A stretch of 63,607 bases of DNA, the filler included. It is 9 parts of 9 records of this genome, joined end to end, with 100 filler letters (N's around TTAATTAATTAA, not from the genome) between each part and the next. Parts side by side here need not be neighbours in the genome. Positions count along the whole stretch, not along the records: positions 58,047 to 63,607 come from SRR31156797_50351; 8 more parts are not named here. The stretch is one strand, 5' to 3'. Under the pieces are notes generated by a model. It did not search any database and had not been told where the DNA came from. It saw only the letters and a program-made list of their open reading frames with translations. The translations under genes and the position numbers were made by a program. Positions 61,221 through 63,607 of the stretch are shown one piece after another. The stretch's first letter is position 1, and every line of letters starts with the position of its first letter.

Positions 61221-61529
61221 TTATGCATTAAGTTCATGTTCACACTGATTAGATTCCTTTTCCGGTATCCACACAGCGTGATCGATGGGGCCCAAGGGTC
61301 GCAGCCGTTCCGCAAACATCAATCCTTCGCGCGTCTTGACAGGCTCGACATCGTTATTCCATATTACGGCAATACTCAGGTCGCCGTCGTACAGGGCGTG
61401 TTTCATAATAAAGGCCTCCACGGCGTTTGCCGCCTCCTTGATCTCCAGGATGTCTTTCATCAGAGACGGTATGGCCTCCTCAAGCGCTGCCGCAGAACTT
61501 CTGACTCGAATGAGCTCCAACCATTTCAT
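61221..61529 (-). CDS. Small hypothetical protein, first gene of the AOR operon
   Basis: RBS AAGGAG; MKWLELIRVRS...GPIDHAVWI. Confidence 0.7.
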   Translation of the reverse strand: MKWLELIRVRSSAAALEEAIPSLMKDILEIKEAANAVEAFIMKHALYDGDLSIAVIWNNDVEPVKTREGLMFAERLRPLGPIDHAVWIPEKESNQCEHELNA

Positions 61530-61556
61530 TGCTCTGCTCCTTTTCCTTGAAAACCA

Positions 61557-61573
61557 TTACAAACATCGGGCCA
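61557..61573 (-). promoter_or_regulatory. Putative sigma54 (-24/-12) promoter
   Basis: Minus strand TGGCCCGATGTTTGTAA (GG-N10-GT). Confidence 0.6.
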
Positions 61574-61624
61574 AAATGTACTATGCTGATTTAACGACAT
61601 TTTTTCTTGTCTCCTTAAACTACA

Positions 61625-61681
61625 ACGCAGTATATTGCGCATCACGACGCAATATGCTACGTTTAACGTAATATATTGCGT
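61625..61681. promoter_or_regulatory. Three 16-bp palindromic enhancer (UAS) sites
   Basis: ACGCAGTATATTGCGC, ACGCAATATGCTACGT, ACGTAATATATTGCGT; consensus ACGCAATATATTGCGT. Confidence 0.7.
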
Positions 61682-61697
61682 CGACTGGAGGAGCCAG

Positions 61698-63242
61698 ATG
61701 AAGGTTGAAAAAAGCGAGTTCTTTAAAGAGGTCACGCTACGGATATGCAGCAGCCTGGACATCCAACAGGCCTTATCCCAAACTTTCGAGTATTTCGAAC
61801 AGGTTATGCCTGTCGACGGCATGGGATTGATATACACGGACTTAAGCACGGCCAAGAATTACCCGGTAGCCCGGGTCGTTCGCGAGGGATTTCGCTTTTT
61901 TTGGAAAGAGTCGGTCAAGGAAGTTCAACTGCCGGAGGACTATGTCGACTACCTGCGCGGAAAGCCGGCCGACAGGCCGAATACATGGATCGTGAATCGT
62001 CCCGACAACCTGGCCGAGGTGGTTCTCCGAATAATTCCTCAGTTCAAGTACAACTCGGCTCTCGGCTTGCGGTTAAACATTCGGGGAGAAGAGGTCGGAA
62101 CCATAATTGTCTCGGCCGCCGGCCACGATCGCTATTCACAGGAGGATGCGGATTTGATCGAAATAGTTCGCGAACCTATCGCCATCGCCATGAGCAACGC
62201 ACGCAGATACATGGAACTGGCCCGGGTCAAGGATTTGCTGGTGGAAGACAATCGGGCGTTGTCGGCCGATATCCAGCGCGCCGCCGGAGTAGAAGTTGTT
62301 GGGGCGGACTTCGGGCTCAGGGATGTTATGACGCAGGTGCGCCAGGTCGCCCCTTCAGGCAGTCCAACGCTTTTGCTCGGAGAGACGGGAACGGGCAAGG
62401 AAGTGATCGCCAATGCAATCCATATGGCGTCTCCCAGGCGGACGGGCCCCATGGTCTTTATGCAGTCCGGCGCCATACCGGAAACCTTGTTGGACAGCGA
62501 ATTGTTCGGGCATGAAAAAGGAGCTTTCACCGGGGCTTCAGAGCGAAAACGAGGACGGTTCGAACGGGCGGACGGAGGGACGCTCTTTCTTGACGAGATC
62601 GGCGAGCTCAGCCCGGAGGCGCAAGTCAAGCTGCTACGCGTACTGCAGGAGAAAAAATTTGAACGAGTAGGAGGCGCCCAAACAATCGAGGTCGATGTTC
62701 GGGTGATTGCGGCGACGCACCGAGACCTGGACAAGATGGTGCGCGAAGGCGGATTTAGAGAGGATTTATGGTATCGGCTAAACGTACTGCCTATTCGCAT
62801 CCCCCCGCTCCGCTTGCGGAGAGAAGACATTCCTTCGCTTGTGCAGTATTTTGTGGAACGGAAGGCCCGGGAAATGAACCTTCAGAACACGCCGCGGATT
62901 GACGGTTACGAACTTGAACGTCTCAAGGCGTATGATTGGCCGGGAAACGTACGCGAGCTTCAGAATATTGTGGAGCGAGCACTGATACTGTCTCGCGGCA
63001 ACCGATTGAATTTCCCCGAACTGGGCTCGGGCTCTCCGCCCAAAGAAGGCTTGAGTTCCGGCCGGCAAACAGAGACTGTCCTGACCATGGACCAGGCCAT
63101 CGCCAATCACATTCGCCAAGTGCTCGATCACGCGGGCGGACAGGTCGCGGGGAGCGGCGGCGCTGCTGAACTGCTCCGGATGAACCCTAGCACGCTACGG
63201 TTTCGAATGAAAAAGCTGGGCATTCAAAATATGAGAAACTGA
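61698..63242 (+). CDS. Sigma54-dependent activator (GAF-AAA+-Fis HTH)
   Basis: RBS GGAGG; 'GETGTGKE', 'GAFTGA', 'FLDEIGE', 'WPGNVREL'. Confidence 0.96.
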   Translation: MKVEKSEFFKEVTLRICSSLDIQQALSQTFEYFEQVMPVDGMGLIYTDLSTAKNYPVARVVREGFRFFWKESVKEVQLPEDYVDYLRGKPADRPNTWIVNRPDNLAEVVLRIIPQFKYNSALGLRLNIRGEEVGTIIVSAAGHDRYSQEDADLIEIVREPIAIAMSNARRYMELARVKDLLVEDNRALSADIQRAAGVEVVGADFGLRDVMTQVRQVAPSGSPTLLLGETGTGKEVIANAIHMASPRRTGPMVFMQSGAIPETLLDSELFGHEKGAFTGASERKRGRFERADGGTLFLDEIGELSPEAQVKLLRVLQEKKFERVGGAQTIEVDVRVIAATHRDLDKMVREGGFREDLWYRLNVLPIRIPPLRLRREDIPSLVQYFVERKAREMNLQNTPRIDGYELERLKAYDWPGNVRELQNIVERALILSRGNRLNFPELGSGSPPKEGLSSGRQTETVLTMDQAIANHIRQVLDHAGGQVAGSGGAAELLRMNPSTLRFRMKKLGIQNMRN

Positions 63243-63340
63243 TTTTCCTTTCGACTCAACTTCATGCCTGTTCAAGAGGCAATAAATTGAGAAAAAGTTT
63301 TTAACCAAGGGATTGAGGCCCCTGCCTCATAATTCGAATT

Positions 63341-63463
63341 GACTTAACTGGCCGGCCCATGAAAGGGTGGGTTGTGATCGTCCGGGATGGATACTCGGAA
63401 GACGAAGAACTGTAAGTCCGGTTGAATAAGGCCGAAGTATTTTCCAGTATACTTCCGCCCAAG
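63341..63463 (+). pseudogene. TfoX/Sxy-family gene remnant
   Basis: DLTGRPMKGWVVIVRDGYSEDEEL*VRLNKAEVFSSILPPK; in-frame TAA at 63413, no intact 5' part. Confidence 0.7.
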
Positions 63464-63553
63464 TTAATCAGGCGCCAAAACCATTAGTGAGAAGGATTCT
63501 TACGAGTGACTCACAGGACGAAAAAGTTCTGTGATTTTATAAAAGGACAAACG

Positions 63554-63607
63554 ATGGCAACCTCCAATTTAAAAATTGTAGAAGGGCGCCATGGCCGCTT
63601 GTCGGCC
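63554..63607 (+). CDS. Possible start of a gene cut by the window end
   Basis: AAGGA RBS then MATSNLKIVEGRHGRLSA. Confidence 0.4.
   Translation, partial: MATSNLKIVEGRHGRLSA

Overview
This window is not one genomic locus. It is nine unrelated contigs, probably metagenomic and mostly from anaerobes, joined by eight artificial 100-nt spacers (N44-TTAATTAATTAA-N44). Taxonomic labels below are inferred from GC content and gene content. C1 (1-5076, very AT-rich): MarR regulator divergent from an operon encoding a non-canonical, TAT-less reductive-dehalogenase-like protein, a NuoF-C-term/GltD-like NAD(P)H oxidoreductase and a secreted MBL-fold protein, with GTAG-type REP palindromes at both ends. 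C2 (5177-15083, spirochaete-like): ctpA, FlhG/MinD-like ATPase, FapA, lgt, transglutaminase-like protein, proS. C3 (15184-26749, GC-rich alphaproteobacterium): smc, F0 atp operon, ligA-recN-bamD-lpxC-ftsZ. C4 (26850-32129, Bacteroidota): SET protein, queE/queC, CE1 esterase, T9SS cargo. C5 (32230-37670, Desulfobacterota-like): gcvPB-lipB-lipA, a c-di-GMP-I riboswitch ahead of a PEP-CTERM-type protein, ACT protein, ABC binding protein, lpdA. C6 (37771-45801): tRNA-Glu and tRNA-Lys, a LipS2-like radical SAM/lipoate ligase/GcvH-LbpA/hisD operon, uvrC. C7 (45902-52749): divergent pyrogallol-transhydroxylase-like Mo enzyme cluster. C8 (52850-57946, Bacteroidota): recA-thrA-apgM-like-thrC. C9 (58047-63607): sigma54-controlled aldehyde:ferredoxin oxidoreductase operon and a TfoX pseudogene. 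The best candidates for undescribed biology are the C1 cobalamin-reductase module, the C7 transhydroxylase variant and the C6 orphan LipS2 lipoylation operon. All family assignments come from motif recognition by eye; no database search was run.
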